IMG/VR virus record: IMGVR_UViG_3300032246_001968
Span: 1 to 48,347 of that record
Direction: 5' to 3' (one strand)
DNA from: a virus
Taxonomy: Duplodnaviria > Caudoviricetes
DNA length: 48,347 bases
The notes beneath the pieces were generated by a model. The model did not search any database and had not been told where the DNA came from. It saw only the letters and a program-made list of their open reading frames with translations. The translations under genes and the position numbers were made by a program. Of this stretch, positions 36,440 through 45,551 are shown piece by piece (position 1 is the stretch's first letter; each line of letters opens with the position of its first letter).

Positions 36440-36802
36440 TTATCGGTTTGTTTTACCATGAGGAGTAGGTTTTCCATTCTCATCTAATAAAACGAAAATA
36501 ATACTATCAATCTTAACAATCGATTCTTTTGTATTCTTATTTCTTACATCACAAGCAATTGTAACAGATGTTGTTCCAAACTTCACTAACTCCATACCAA
36601 ATTCAATGATATCACCATTCTTTGCCGTTTTAACAAAATTGATTTCAGACATTACTTTTGTAACAATATTGGAACTACCCAACTGACAGATAGCAAATAT
36701 TGCCGCCTCCTCATCTATCCATTTCAAAACTTGTCCACCAAATAGCGTGCCTCTTGGATTCAAATCTCCCGGCTTAATTAATTTTCTTGTTCTATAATTC
36801 AT
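36440..36802 (-). CDS. Hotdog-fold acyl-CoA thioesterase
   Basis: P.DLNP.GTLFGG..LKWIDEEA, VT......F...A..GD, GTTS. Confidence 0.9.
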   Translation of the reverse strand: MNYRTRKLIKPGDLNPRGTLFGGQVLKWIDEEAAIFAICQLGSSNIVTKVMSEINFVKTAKNGDIIEFGMELVKFGTTSVTIACDVRNKNTKESIVKIDSIIFVLLDENGKPTPHGKTNR

Positions 36803-36807
36803 AAAAT

Positions 36808-36996
36808 TTATTTACTCAACACTTTCCACACCTTTTGAATAGGTGCTCCCAACAAATCTTCCCATAGACCGACAACAAAAGTAGCATCAGAACTTCTGTT
36901 AATCTTAATCTCAAAAACCAACTCATCCCCTTGATGTATCGTTTCTTCATCAGTAACGTTATAGTCAACCTTGTCTATAGTTATAATTTTTTCCAT
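36808..36996 (-). CDS. Hypothetical protein
   Basis: MEKIITID; TATATTTG at 37000-37007. Confidence 0.6.
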   Translation of the reverse strand: MEKIITIDKVDYNVTDEETIHQGDELVFEIKINRSSDATFVVGLWEDLLGAPIQKVWKVLSK

Positions 36997-37023
36997 AACC
37001 AAATATAAGAAATAATTGGCAAT

Positions 37024-37050
37024 AAAAAACCCACCTTTGTGGGTGGGTTT
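37024..37050 (-). terminator. Intrinsic terminator
   Basis: AAACCCACC...GGTGGGTTT with a flanking A-run. Confidence 0.85.
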
Positions 37051-37056
37051 AATTAA

Positions 37057-37347
37057 TTAGTTAAAGAATCCTTCAGTCTGAGGAAAACCTTCAACGATGT
37101 GCCATACTGCCGGATTTGATTCTGTGTTGTATTTTACCAGATAGTATCCGTCCGCAACAGGAGATGTTAATCCTGCGTCATTAAATACTTGTTGTTCTGT
37201 TGTTAGACAAGCCCAACAAGAACCTGTTTCTGATACACAAGAAGAACAATTTCCTAAATCTTCAGCATAAACCGTAATTGATGGTGCTTGACCTTCAAGA
37301 CCTAACAAGGTACTTGCATATGCTACTGTGAAATTTAATGTTGCCAT
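37057..37347 (-). CDS. Small Cys-containing protein
   Basis: CSSC...CWAC; TATTTAT at 37361-37367. Confidence 0.75.
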   Translation of the reverse strand: MATLNFTVAYASTLLGLEGQAPSITVYAEDLGNCSSCVSETGSCWACLTTEQQVFNDAGLTSPVADGYYLVKYNTESNPAVWHIVEGFPQTEGFFN

Positions 37348-37382
37348 AATATTTTTGTTTATAAATAAATATCTAAATAATT

Positions 37383-37697
37383 CTATTCTATAATTGGAAA
37401 TGCTGAAATTACAAAATTATTAGGGTAATTTTTCTCAAACCACTTCTCTATTAATTTTTCTGTTTCCCTTTTGTCTAAAGCAAATAGGTTCATCATGTGA
37501 TAAAATAATTTTTCATCAACACCCAAATGATAATCCATATAACGGAAGACAGTATCCATATTTTCATCCACAATTTCAAAATCATCTTCTCTGGCGTTAA
37601 TATCATCCAATTCAACTTTATCAAGTTCACCAACAACATCATTAAGATACTTGTCCACAAAGTCTACCAATCTATTTTCTGTTATTAGATATTTCAT
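37383..37697 (-). CDS. IITE-leader family protein
   Basis: MKYLITE...YLN...LF...WFE. Confidence 0.8.
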   Translation of the reverse strand: MKYLITENRLVDFVDKYLNDVVGELDKVELDDINAREDDFEIVDENMDTVFRYMDYHLGVDEKLFYHMMNLFALDKRETEKLIEKWFEKNYPNNFVISAFPIIE

Positions 37698-37701
37698 TTT
37701 A

Positions 37702-37962
37702 TTAAATTGCCGGGTCTTTATCGATAAATACTATTAAAATATCGATTCCCATGTAATCAATTAATTCCCTTTGGATGTTTTCACGTACTTTATTCTCATA
37801 TTCTGACCTCAAATAATTTTCAGTTAAAATTATAACAGTTAATTCCCCATGAGCCTCACCTAATATTAGTCTTGATACATTTTTTATGTTCTGACCTTTA
37901 ACTATGTCTATAATATAAGGTTCAAGTTTTTTATATTTTGTTAATTCAGATTTTATTTTCAT
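37702..37962 (-). CDS. Hypothetical protein
   Basis: 86-aa coupled ORF. Confidence 0.65.
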   Translation of the reverse strand: MKIKSELTKYKKLEPYIIDIVKGQNIKNVSRLILGEAHGELTVIILTENYLRSEYENKVRENIQRELIDYMGIDILIVFIDKDPAI

Positions 37963-38261
37963 TATTCAACCTTATTAACTTCAACACCAAATTTATATTC
38001 AAAGAATTTTCCAACAAACACCATTGTATCTACATAATTTTTACCAAATAAATCAGATAAAGTGTATAAAAAATTTTGTCTTGTCCATAATCTACCGTCT
38101 TCACCATCATATTCCATATCAACCTCATTTTCTTCTTCTCCGATAGGGTTTTCAAGTACAATGAATCTATCAAACTCAGTAATTCTTCTTGAGTCCACCC
38201 AAGAATTTAAATACTCGGTCATCAGCATGTCTATCTTACTCTCTTTGATTATGATTTTCAT
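37962..38261 (-). CDS. IITE-leader family protein
   Basis: MKIIIKE; TATTTAT at 38267-38273. Confidence 0.8.
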   Translation of the reverse strand: MKIIIKESKIDMLMTEYLNSWVDSRRITEFDRFIVLENPIGEEENEVDMEYDGEDGRLWTRQNFLYTLSDLFGKNYVDTMVFVGKFFEYKFGVEVNKVE

Positions 38262-38281
38262 TAACTATAAATATAAGTGGA

Positions 38282-38677
38282 TTACTCCCAAATTCCTTCA
38301 GAAACTATGGATGGTCGGTCATTTCTATCAATCATAACCCATTCTGCTTTCACAAGACCCCAATCACTGAAACAACCCATCACTTGTTCCAAAGAAAACT
38401 CTTTGCAACTATAAATGTCAAACTGAACCATTGGTAACTCCAATGTGTCCCAAATATGAACTGATGCGTGAGATGTTGCCAATGTTACCGTACCTGTAAG
38501 ACCCTCATTTCCTGGGTCTGAGATATAAACACTTGTTGGTCCAGCAACAACTTTCATTCCAACTGTCTCAACTAAATTTGTAAACCAATCATTCAATAAC
38601 CCTTCTTTCTTAGGGGGATTTGTAACCCAACATTTAACTAGCAGATGTTGGTGGTAAGGAGTGAATTTTTCCATCAA
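38282..38677 (-). CDS. speD: S-adenosylmethionine decarboxylase proenzyme-like
   Basis: HLLV, GLTG.V.LATSHASVH.W, FDIYSCK; self-cleavage site is T-S instead of the usual E-S. Confidence 0.8.
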   Translation of the reverse strand: MMEKFTPYHQHLLVKCWVTNPPKKEGLLNDWFTNLVETVGMKVVAGPTSVYISDPGNEGLTGTVTLATSHASVHIWDTLELPMVQFDIYSCKEFSLEQVMGCFSDWGLVKAEWVMIDRNDRPSIVSEGIWE

Positions 38678-38707
38678 AAACTTGTATTTTTTTAATAAAT
38701 ACTAGCT

Positions 38708-38902
38708 TTATAGACTATTTGTTTCATGAGCACTTTTATTTGTTATATCATGTATTACACGGTACAATTTGGTGTCGAATTTTTTTTCAGCCAACTCTAT
38801 CTCTTTTGTAAGGTCAACACTCACTTGCTCAGAGATTTCTCTAAGAATATCCATGTCGATTTCATGCTGAATCCTATCCGCTAATATTTGTGTTGCATCC
38901 AT
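38708..38902 (-). CDS. Hypothetical protein
   Basis: 64-aa coupled ORF. Confidence 0.6.
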   Translation of the reverse strand: MDATQILADRIQHEIDMDILREISEQVSVDLTKEIELAEKKFDTKLYRVIHDITNKSAHETNSL

Positions 38903-39276
38903 TATTCTACAAGGTAATTTATTGGTAAAAAATCTCTATATCTAATTCTCTCATCCATCGTTTGATTATTAACACCACTTAAAATGATACAATTAGGATA
39001 AATCTTCTGATTTGTTTTTTTCTTCCACAAATCAAAACAGAATTCCATGAACTCACTATGTAAGTCGGTATATGTAAGCAACTTAGCCAAATGTTCGTCA
39101 CAAAAAAGTTCACCATTATCATACACACGAACATAACCATATTCTTCCATAAATGGATTTGTATCGGACGGATAAAATTCAATAGAACCAATAGCATTCC
39201 TGCCAATATGAACAATAGTTGGTGTTTCGTTTTTAACCCGAAAAGAATCAAAAAAACTATGAAACAATTTTTTCAT
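38902..39276 (-). CDS. Hypothetical protein
   Basis: 124-aa ORF. Confidence 0.7.
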   Translation of the reverse strand: MKKLFHSFFDSFRVKNETPTIVHIGRNAIGSIEFYPSDTNPFMEEYGYVRVYDNGELFCDEHLAKLLTYTDLHSEFMEFCFDLWKKKTNQKIYPNCIILSGVNNQTMDERIRYRDFLPINYLVE

Positions 39277-39279
39277 ACA

Positions 39280-40182
39280 CTATAGTTTTACTCCACCATC
39301 AATAACCTTATCAGCTTTAAACTCATCAGACCAATCATATTCGTCGGGGCTCTTATCAGGATAGATATTCTTTATTCCATTCTTAACAATTAAAGAAATA
39401 TCCGTAGTGTTTGCATTGCATGATACAAATGACATACTACTTTTATTAATACCGTGGAATACAACATTAGGTTTAACTTCTTCAACAATCCTCCATATCT
39501 CAGTTTTATTTCCGTTACAGTCGGGGTCATACACTCCTGTTTGTTCTGAATATACAATATTCGGTTTGGCATCCTTAATAATTTTAGGAATCAAATTCTC
39601 AGCTCTCATCTGTCTATGAGTTGAACTTGAATCATATACTTCCTTAATCCCTTTTTCAATCACTTCTCCAATAACTTCCGAGTTGGATTCAACCCTAGAT
39701 GATTGTGAGATTTCCTTTACACCTTTATTCATCACAGCGCGAGTGTGCCATTCAAATTCATCACCATGATTCTTACCACGTTGTTTAGTCTCCTTAATTC
39801 CCCCATCAACAACCATATCAATATAATCCTTACCCAATGCTCGTGTACTGCTAACATCCTTTATTCCCATTTCAAGAACATTCGGGGTTTCATTTCTACC
39901 TTTATCTCGAGGATAGGCAATCGTACGATGAGCACAGTCCTTAAAAAAATAGTCATTAGCCCACCGAATAATACACCCATCCATTTCGGTTCCAACAGTT
40001 ATTGAAACATATTTGAATACATCCTTAAAGAATTTATAGTTATACCATAAGGTCCCCTCATCGGTCAACTCAACAACCCATCTTGTTTCATTTGTGAAGA
40101 TTAACCATGTGGCATTTTTCCACCGATAAACATCGACTCCTTTAATGGAAGAAGTTATAAGTTCATTAACAATTTTTTGCAT
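39280..40182 (-). CDS. Repeat-containing hypothetical protein (V..xG(I/V)K repeats)
   Basis: Start MQKIVN at 40182 after TATCTTTG (40187-40194); paralog of 43403-43750. Confidence 0.8.
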   Translation of the reverse strand: MQKIVNELITSSIKGVDVYRWKNATWLIFTNETRWVVELTDEGTLWYNYKFFKDVFKYVSITVGTEMDGCIIRWANDYFFKDCAHRTIAYPRDKGRNETPNVLEMGIKDVSSTRALGKDYIDMVVDGGIKETKQRGKNHGDEFEWHTRAVMNKGVKEISQSSRVESNSEVIGEVIEKGIKEVYDSSSTHRQMRAENLIPKIIKDAKPNIVYSEQTGVYDPDCNGNKTEIWRIVEEVKPNVVFHGINKSSMSFVSCNANTTDISLIVKNGIKNIYPDKSPDEYDWSDEFKADKVIDGGVKL

Positions 40183-40211
40183 AACACAAAGATACAAAAA
40201 TATTTTGAAAT

Positions 40212-40240
40212 AAAAAACCCACCTTTTTGGGGTGGGTTTT
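40212..40240. terminator. Intrinsic terminator
   Basis: AAAACCCACC...GGTGGGTTTT. Confidence 0.85.
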
Positions 40241-40261
40241 AGTATTATTAGTTAGTTAAGA

Positions 40262-41371
40262 CTAAAATCTTCTTAAATTTTGAGAGTTAAATGAACCCGA
40301 TTGTTTAGATATTGCTTTCAATTGTTCTGGTGATAATTGTGCTGCTGGTGCCGCTGGTGTTGCTGTTGCCGTTCCTGTTGCAGGTGTTGTTGGTTTAACT
40401 GCCGGTTTAGCCGCTCTTTTAACTCCACCTTGAGTTGGTCTTGCAGCTGGTGCTTGTGGTTGTTTCATTGCGTTTTGTTTCATATCGTATGCAACCGCTT
40501 TAGCATTCTGTAGTTCTTCTGGTGTTACTTTAAATGCCTTCATGTATTCATCCCATGTTTTTCCATTATAAGCATTTTTAGGATTTACAATAACTTTTTT
40601 ATTTACAGGTTTTTTCTGAACTGAATTTAATGCGTCTGCAACCATATATGTTACTTTTTTGATATTCTCAGGCATATTATAAAGGGCCCTTCTAGCCATA
40701 GCACCAAAATCAACTTCGTTTATCGTTTGTTTTGATTTACGATTTAATCTTGATTCAGCTAAACCACTGCCGTATGAGCGGGATATGTCAACAGGAGCTG
40801 GTGCCGCTGGTTTAGTTGCTGGTTTAACCGCTGGTTTAACCGCTCTTTTAACTCCACCTGTTTTTTGTGCTGCATTAGCAGCTGCCGATGCCGCTCCTTG
40901 TGGTTGTTGTTTAATATCATATGCGATAGCTTTTGCTGCTTGCATCATTTCAGGTGTTAGTTGATATTTTTTAGAAAATTGACTCCATGTCATACCATTT
41001 AATGATGGATTTTTAGAATTTGTAATAACCCAATCAGGTACTGGTTTTGTTTGTAATGAATTCAATGTATTTGCAATGTTTTCAATTCTTTGTCTTTGTT
41101 GACCTCTGAATTTGTCTAATAAAGCAGACACTCCTTGACCAACTAAAACACTAGTAAGTCCACCACCTGATGATTGCTCATCTCTACCTGTGAATTTATT
41201 TACAGCACCACGTACGGTGTCATATATTTTACCATTAGCATTGGCTACAGCGTCGTATGCTCCGCCTAATCCCACATTATTTGCTATGTTTCTAAGAATT
41301 TGTTCATTCATTACTTTTTTAACTATACGATTTAAATCGGCTTCAGTTAATTTTACTTTTTTAATTGCCAT
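40262..41371 (-). CDS. xLTE-leader protein with an internally duplicated domain and KPA-rich tails
   Basis: Start MAIKKVKLTE at 41371; two copies of LNS.Q.KPV...NG.TW...TPE..Q.AKA.AYD.KQ...GGVKRA.KPAVKP. Confidence 0.85.
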   Translation of the reverse strand: MAIKKVKLTEADLNRIVKKVMNEQILRNIANNVGLGGAYDAVANANGKIYDTVRGAVNKFTGRDEQSSGGGLTSVLVGQGVSALLDKFRGQQRQRIENIANTLNSLQTKPVPDWVITNSKNPSLNGMTWSQFSKKYQLTPEMMQAAKAIAYDIKQQPQGAASAAANAAQKTGGVKRAVKPAVKPATKPAAPAPVDISRSYGSGLAESRLNRKSKQTINEVDFGAMARRALYNMPENIKKVTYMVADALNSVQKKPVNKKVIVNPKNAYNGKTWDEYMKAFKVTPEELQNAKAVAYDMKQNAMKQPQAPAARPTQGGVKRAAKPAVKPTTPATGTATATPAAPAAQLSPEQLKAISKQSGSFNSQNLRRF

Positions 41372-41441
41372 TTGATTATGTTTCTTAATAAATATTGCAA
41401 AGTAATAAAAAAAATCCACCTTTGTGTGATTATGTATTTCA

Positions 41442-41741
41442 TTATAAATTTTCTTCGGCTTTTAAATAACTACTTTCGATTTTCTTCCAAAAATTTTCTC
41501 GAACATAATCCAAAATATCTTCAATACTAGAATTATTAATATCACCATACTCATCAGCAACTTGCCATGCAATTTCGTCAACATAATCATGATATGAATA
41601 TCCTCCAGCAGGAACACGAGAAATAGCCAAATCAACCAATTCATCAATCTCAGAAAATCTTCTACGTAACCAAGGATTTTTATCTTCAGTAATAAGTCCC
41701 ATGACTTCTTTAACCCTTAATATGTTTTCATTTAGATTCAT
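41442..41741 (-). CDS. MNLNE-leader protein
   Basis: MNLNENILRVKEVMGLITE...WLRRR. Confidence 0.75.
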   Translation of the reverse strand: MNLNENILRVKEVMGLITEDKNPWLRRRFSEIDELVDLAISRVPAGGYSYHDYVDEIAWQVADEYGDINNSSIEDILDYVRENFWKKIESSYLKAEENL

Positions 41742-42142
41742 TAATCTTTAACGTTTGCATCCAAGTGTCCACCAAAATCAAATGATGAATTTATTTTGAG
41801 TCCAGCATATTTTGACAAATCAACCATATGTCTTCTCATATTAATAAAATAATGTTCTCCATACGCTTCATAAGTCATTTCTTCTGATACGGTACCACCA
41901 TTCCATCCAATCTTAACCAAAGGCTCTTTATCAATTAAAACATAACAATCATAATCAATAAATCTTTCATTCATATGATACGGACCCATCCTTTTAATTT
42001 TATAAACCTCAAGAGCTTTATTGGTTCTGAATTCCAAAACATATGGATATGTTGTTGGCATAAGGTTATCCCAAATTTTGGATAGTACTCTCGTATGGTC
42101 CTCAACTATTTCTGATTCCTTATATTCTTCACTCCAACTCAT
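41741..42142 (-). CDS. Hypothetical protein
   Basis: 133-aa coupled ORF. Confidence 0.7.
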   Translation of the reverse strand: MSWSEEYKESEIVEDHTRVLSKIWDNLMPTTYPYVLEFRTNKALEVYKIKRMGPYHMNERFIDYDCYVLIDKEPLVKIGWNGGTVSEEMTYEAYGEHYFINMRRHMVDLSKYAGLKINSSFDFGGHLDANVKD

Positions 42143-42414
42143 AATTTATCTACAGCATTCACAAATTTATGACATTTCTCAGACACACCACCTTTATCGT
42201 GGTCAGTAATAGATAATTTCACATTATCATAATGAACGGTCATATCAGGATGATGATTTTGTTTATCAGCAATTTTCATTACCGAATGAACAAAAGGCAT
42301 AACCTCTTTATAGTTTTTGAAATAAAATGTTTTGGTAAGTTTATTACCACCTTCTTTCCAATCACTTTTATTCATAATTGTTCTTTTCTGTTGTTCTGTG
42401 ATAATAATTTTCAT
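42139..42414 (-). CDS. Pterin-4-alpha-carbinolamine dehydratase with IITE leader
   Basis: W......L.KTF.FKNY....FV..V..IA..QNHHPD.......V.L.I..HD.GGVS. Confidence 0.9.
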   Translation of the reverse strand: MKIIITEQQKRTIMNKSDWKEGGNKLTKTFYFKNYKEVMPFVHSVMKIADKQNHHPDMTVHYDNVKLSITDHDKGGVSEKCHKFVNAVDKL

Positions 42415-42473
42415 TAATAATAAATACCTACGTAAATAAAAAACCCCTCACCAAGGAGGGGTTTAAATATTAT

Positions 42474-43211
42474 TTACCAAGTTCTACAAGCCCAATATCT
42501 TGGTTTCCATCTTGGTCCTGGATTATCACAATTCATTCTAGCTCTAAAGTTTTTTCTTCTTGCAGGATTATTCTTTTTAATTGTCATTCTTTTACCATGA
42601 GCAGATTTTCCACCAAAACCAAAATTAACTTTTACAACCTTACCTTTATCGTTTTTAACATATACCTTGGACTTTTTAACATCACCTTGCATAATCTTTC
42701 CAAGTTGAACTTTTCTTCCTTGATATTCAGCTTCATTAATAAATTCTTCGTCATAATCAGTTGATTGAACCGAACCATACTCATCCTTATACAAAGTTTC
42801 ATTTAAATCCATATTAAGTTTAAATTCAGATTCCAATTCATGCACCAAAAAATAGGCATAGTCTGTAAGCTCATCAAGTTCATCGTCAGATAATTCTTCT
42901 CCTTTAATTGCAGATTCAACTTCATATTCTATTTCACTTATTAGTTCTTCCAATTCTTCTTCAGTTGTATGTCTATTGAAATGATTGGCAATATGGTCCA
43001 AATTTTGCATTATTTCCTCAAACGTATTTCCATCTTCATCTTCGTATAATGATTCGTTTTTGGGTTTAATACCCTTCTTCTTCATGTTAATTGCAATTGC
43101 AGCTTGTTGTGCAGGACTTGAAGCTTCTTCCACTTCGTCCTTAGATTCTCTTAGAACACGTTCAACCAATTTAATCAAATCGGATTCTGTAAGTCTTACT
43201 ATCTTCGACAT
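42474..43211 (-). CDS. VRLTE-leader protein: acidic middle region, basic C-terminal YW.C domain
   Basis: MSKIVRLTE; C-terminus AEYQGRKV...KVNFG...RRKNFRARMNC...YWACRTW. Confidence 0.85.
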   Translation of the reverse strand: MSKIVRLTESDLIKLVERVLRESKDEVEEASSPAQQAAIAINMKKKGIKPKNESLYEDEDGNTFEEIMQNLDHIANHFNRHTTEEELEELISEIEYEVESAIKGEELSDDELDELTDYAYFLVHELESEFKLNMDLNETLYKDEYGSVQSTDYDEEFINEAEYQGRKVQLGKIMQGDVKKSKVYVKNDKGKVVKVNFGFGGKSAHGKRMTIKKNNPARRKNFRARMNCDNPGPRWKPRYWACRTW

Positions 43212-43290
43212 AATAAATGTTTTATTATAAATATATTAACCGACCCATTTGTTTAGGATGACACCAACGAGGAGACCATAAAAAAAGGAA

Positions 43291-43380
43291 GGACACGTCC
43301 GACGAAGTCGGTCGGGGACCGTCGGTCAAAAAGGGGCGGGGGGATTTCCGACGACCGAAGGGAGTTTCCGTCGGGCGGTT
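43291..43380. repeat. GC-rich element of overlapping CCGAC/GTCGG inverted repeats
   Basis: CCGAC-GAA-GTCGG (43299-43311), GACC-GTC-GGTC (43317-43327), CCGACG...CGTCGG (43348-43374). Confidence 0.7.
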
Positions 43381-43402
43381 CACGAATTACACATGAATCA
43401 TT

Positions 43403-43750
43403 TTATATTTTTATTCCGTTATCAATAACCTCATTAACATTAAACTCATCCATCCAATCATAATCACCTGGCAAATAATCGGGCTGACAATAATCCCCAA
43501 CCTTAATAATACTCAAATTTTTCATTACCCAATTCCTAACATATTCACTATGCTCACCAACGTCCAAACAGAGATAATCAAATATGTTTTTAAAAAAGGC
43601 GTGGTTATACCAAAGATATCCATTAAGATTATTTACATTAATAACCCACTCTTTCTTATCCTTAAAAATTAACCATGTAGAATCTTTAAGATAATAAAGC
43701 TGTGAACCCTTAATAGAATCATTAATCATTCTATTAACAATCTTTTCCAT
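43403..43750 (-). CDS. Hypothetical protein, short paralog of 39280-40182
   Basis: Shared TWLIF...WV...G.LWYN..FF...F.Y and YDW.DEF...VID.G.K. Confidence 0.8.
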   Translation of the reverse strand: MEKIVNRMINDSIKGSQLYYLKDSTWLIFKDKKEWVINVNNLNGYLWYNHAFFKNIFDYLCLDVGEHSEYVRNWVMKNLSIIKVGDYCQPDYLPGDYDWMDEFNVNEVIDNGIKI

Positions 43751-43949
43751 CCTCAACTAATTTATGTATTTTATCGTCCCCACCCATTCTCCTTCTATTA
43801 TTTGATATCTCGCTATACAACTTACCCTCAAGTTCAATAACCTTACTGTTCTGTTGAAAGAATATTGTAAACTTAGAATTATTAGATGAAACTGATAACT
43901 CATGATACTCCCCCAAGGTGGGACATCTCTTGAATATTTGTTTATCCAT
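43734..43949 (-). CDS. Hypothetical protein
   Basis: 71-aa ORF. Confidence 0.55.
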   Translation of the reverse strand: MDKQIFKRCPTLGEYHELSVSSNNSKFTIFFQQNSKVIELEGKLYSEISNNRRRMGGDDKIHKLVEDGKDC

Positions 43950-43952
43950 ATA

Positions 43953-44258
43953 TTATTTTTTCTTTTTTGGTTTGATGTATAAATTTATTCCAATACCATT
44001 TTCCTCACCCCATGCCAAATCATATGAACTATAAAAATATACTCTATGATGTTTTTTATCTATGATTGATTTATCAACATAAATCATTTGATATTGTTCA
44101 TTCGTTTCCTTTTCAATTCTATTTTTCCAATGTTTTTTTTGCCATTCAACCACATCTCTAAATTGATTATAAAGTATTGTATCCCTTTTTGGATATTGAG
44201 CATTAACATAATGTGCCCACAATAAACATACTAATAAAATTGTTATTACTTTTTTCAT
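43953..44258 (-). CDS. Secreted hypothetical protein
   Basis: Signal peptide ...VNAQ. Confidence 0.7.
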   Translation of the reverse strand: MKKVITILLVCLLWAHYVNAQYPKRDTILYNQFRDVVEWQKKHWKNRIEKETNEQYQMIYVDKSIIDKKHHRVYFYSSYDLAWGEENGIGINLYIKPKKKK

Positions 44259-44348
44259 TTATTTCTTTTTATTCATTTTCTCATCCAAAATAGCCCCACC
44301 AAATATAACAACCACCATTCCAAAAAATACAATCATTGAATAATCCAT
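44259..44348 (-). CDS. 29-aa membrane peptide (not in ORF track)
   Basis: MDYSMIVFFGMVVVIFGGAILDEKMNKKK fills the gap between adjacent genes. Confidence 0.55.
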   Translation of the reverse strand: MDYSMIVFFGMVVVIFGGAILDEKMNKKK

Positions 44349-44349
44349 A

Positions 44350-44922
44350 TTATTTAATTTTTAAATCTCTTCTAATATCTTTTTTAACCATTTCCAAATA
44401 TTCCTTTCTCTTTTCTTGAGAAACAAATGGTACACTCCAAAATTGTCTTGTCTTTGTCTTAAACCAACCAAATACAAATGAGTATACCCCCAACACCAAT
44501 CTCAACTTAACCGAATTCAAATATAATGTTAATACAGGAAATGCTGGTGCCCCATGTGTTAAATAAGTCCTAACCTTCTTATCCCCGAGTAATGGTTGAG
44601 GTATTCCATATACTTTTGTTATAGGTTTGAAATTATAAGCAAACCCTGGAACAAATACTTGGTCAAAGAAAGATTCCAATGCAGGAGTACATCTAAACCA
44701 CCATACAGGTGATATAATATAAATTCTTTCGGACCATGTAACAAGGTCCTTATATTCCCTCACCTTGTCCTTTATAAATTCAAGAGTTATATTTTCCTTG
44801 TATAAGTCAAGAACATATACCTCCTCCTTATTTGTCTTAAGAGTTTCCTTGATGGTTTTCATTATCCCATTATAACAAAAACTATTTTTGTTGGGGTGTG
44901 CAATTATAATTAAGTTTTTCAT
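44350..44922 (-). CDS. NAD(P)H dehydrogenase (quinone), Flavodoxin_2 family
   Basis: IIIAHP...SF, LDLY, P.WWF..P..L..FFD.VF.PGFAY, T.G.P; TATCTTTG at 44929-44936. Confidence 0.88.
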   Translation of the reverse strand: MKNLIIIAHPNKNSFCYNGIMKTIKETLKTNKEEVYVLDLYKENITLEFIKDKVREYKDLVTWSERIYIISPVWWFRCTPALESFFDQVFVPGFAYNFKPITKVYGIPQPLLGDKKVRTYLTHGAPAFPVLTLYLNSVKLRLVLGVYSFVFGWFKTKTRQFWSVPFVSQEKRKEYLEMVKKDIRRDLKIK

Positions 44923-45152
44923 ATTTTACAAAGATAGTAAATTTTATAAAAAATTCCAAAAATTTTTTTTCTATAATTGGGGTCCATTTGAAAGATGGGG
45001 GTCGTGTTTTGGAAATATATTTCTAATCGTTTAATAATCCGTAAACCCAAACCCCACTATTCTGTAAAATGAGAAATATATTTCTAACATACCCACATAA
45101 AAAAACCCCACTGATGAGGTGGGGTTAAAATTTTCATGCACAAATTTTAAGA

Positions 45153-45437
45153 CTATTCAGAATCTTCTTCTGACTCCTCTTCATCTTCGTCCTCATCATC
45201 TGAATAAACATCATCCTCTAAATCAGAAACTCTCTCTTCTAAATCATAGATTTTTTCTTTTAACATAGAGATTTCTAAAGCTGATGAGTTCTCCACTTCA
45301 TCCTCTTCAGTTTCATCATCAGAAGTTGTTTCTTCTGTTTCTTCCTCAGTTGTCTCATCTGTATCAAATGTGTCAACTGTTTCTTCAGCCAATTCCTCAT
45401 CAGCTGGTAATACTTGTTCATCATCTAAATTTAACAT
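45153..45437 (-). CDS. Very acidic small protein
   Basis: 47 of 94 residues are D/E; short coiled coil; TATTTAT at 45476-45482; terminator at 45099-45126. Confidence 0.75.
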   Translation of the reverse strand: MLNLDDEQVLPADEELAEETVDTFDTDETTEEETEETTSDDETEEDEVENSSALEISMLKEKIYDLEERVSDLEDDVYSDDEDEDEEESEEDSE

Positions 45438-45551
45438 GTTAAAATGGGTTTTGTTTTATTTATGTTTTAACACTAATAAATAGTTTTTAGTCATAACCCA
45501 TAATGTAAATTTATTGTTAATAAAAAACCCCACCTAAAAGATGGGGTTATA

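Noticed and set aside
28547-37697. Diversity-generating retroelement behind the paralog family
   Set aside because: No reverse transcriptase and no near-identical template/variable repeat pair with adenine-specific differences seen in the window
27188-44922. Bacterial chromosome origin of the window, suggested by iscU, iscA, cyclophilin, speD and thioesterase
   Set aside because: These genes are isolated among phage-type hypothetical genes, lack their usual operon partners and share the local promoter motifs; auxiliary phage genes are the simpler reading, though not proven without the core genes
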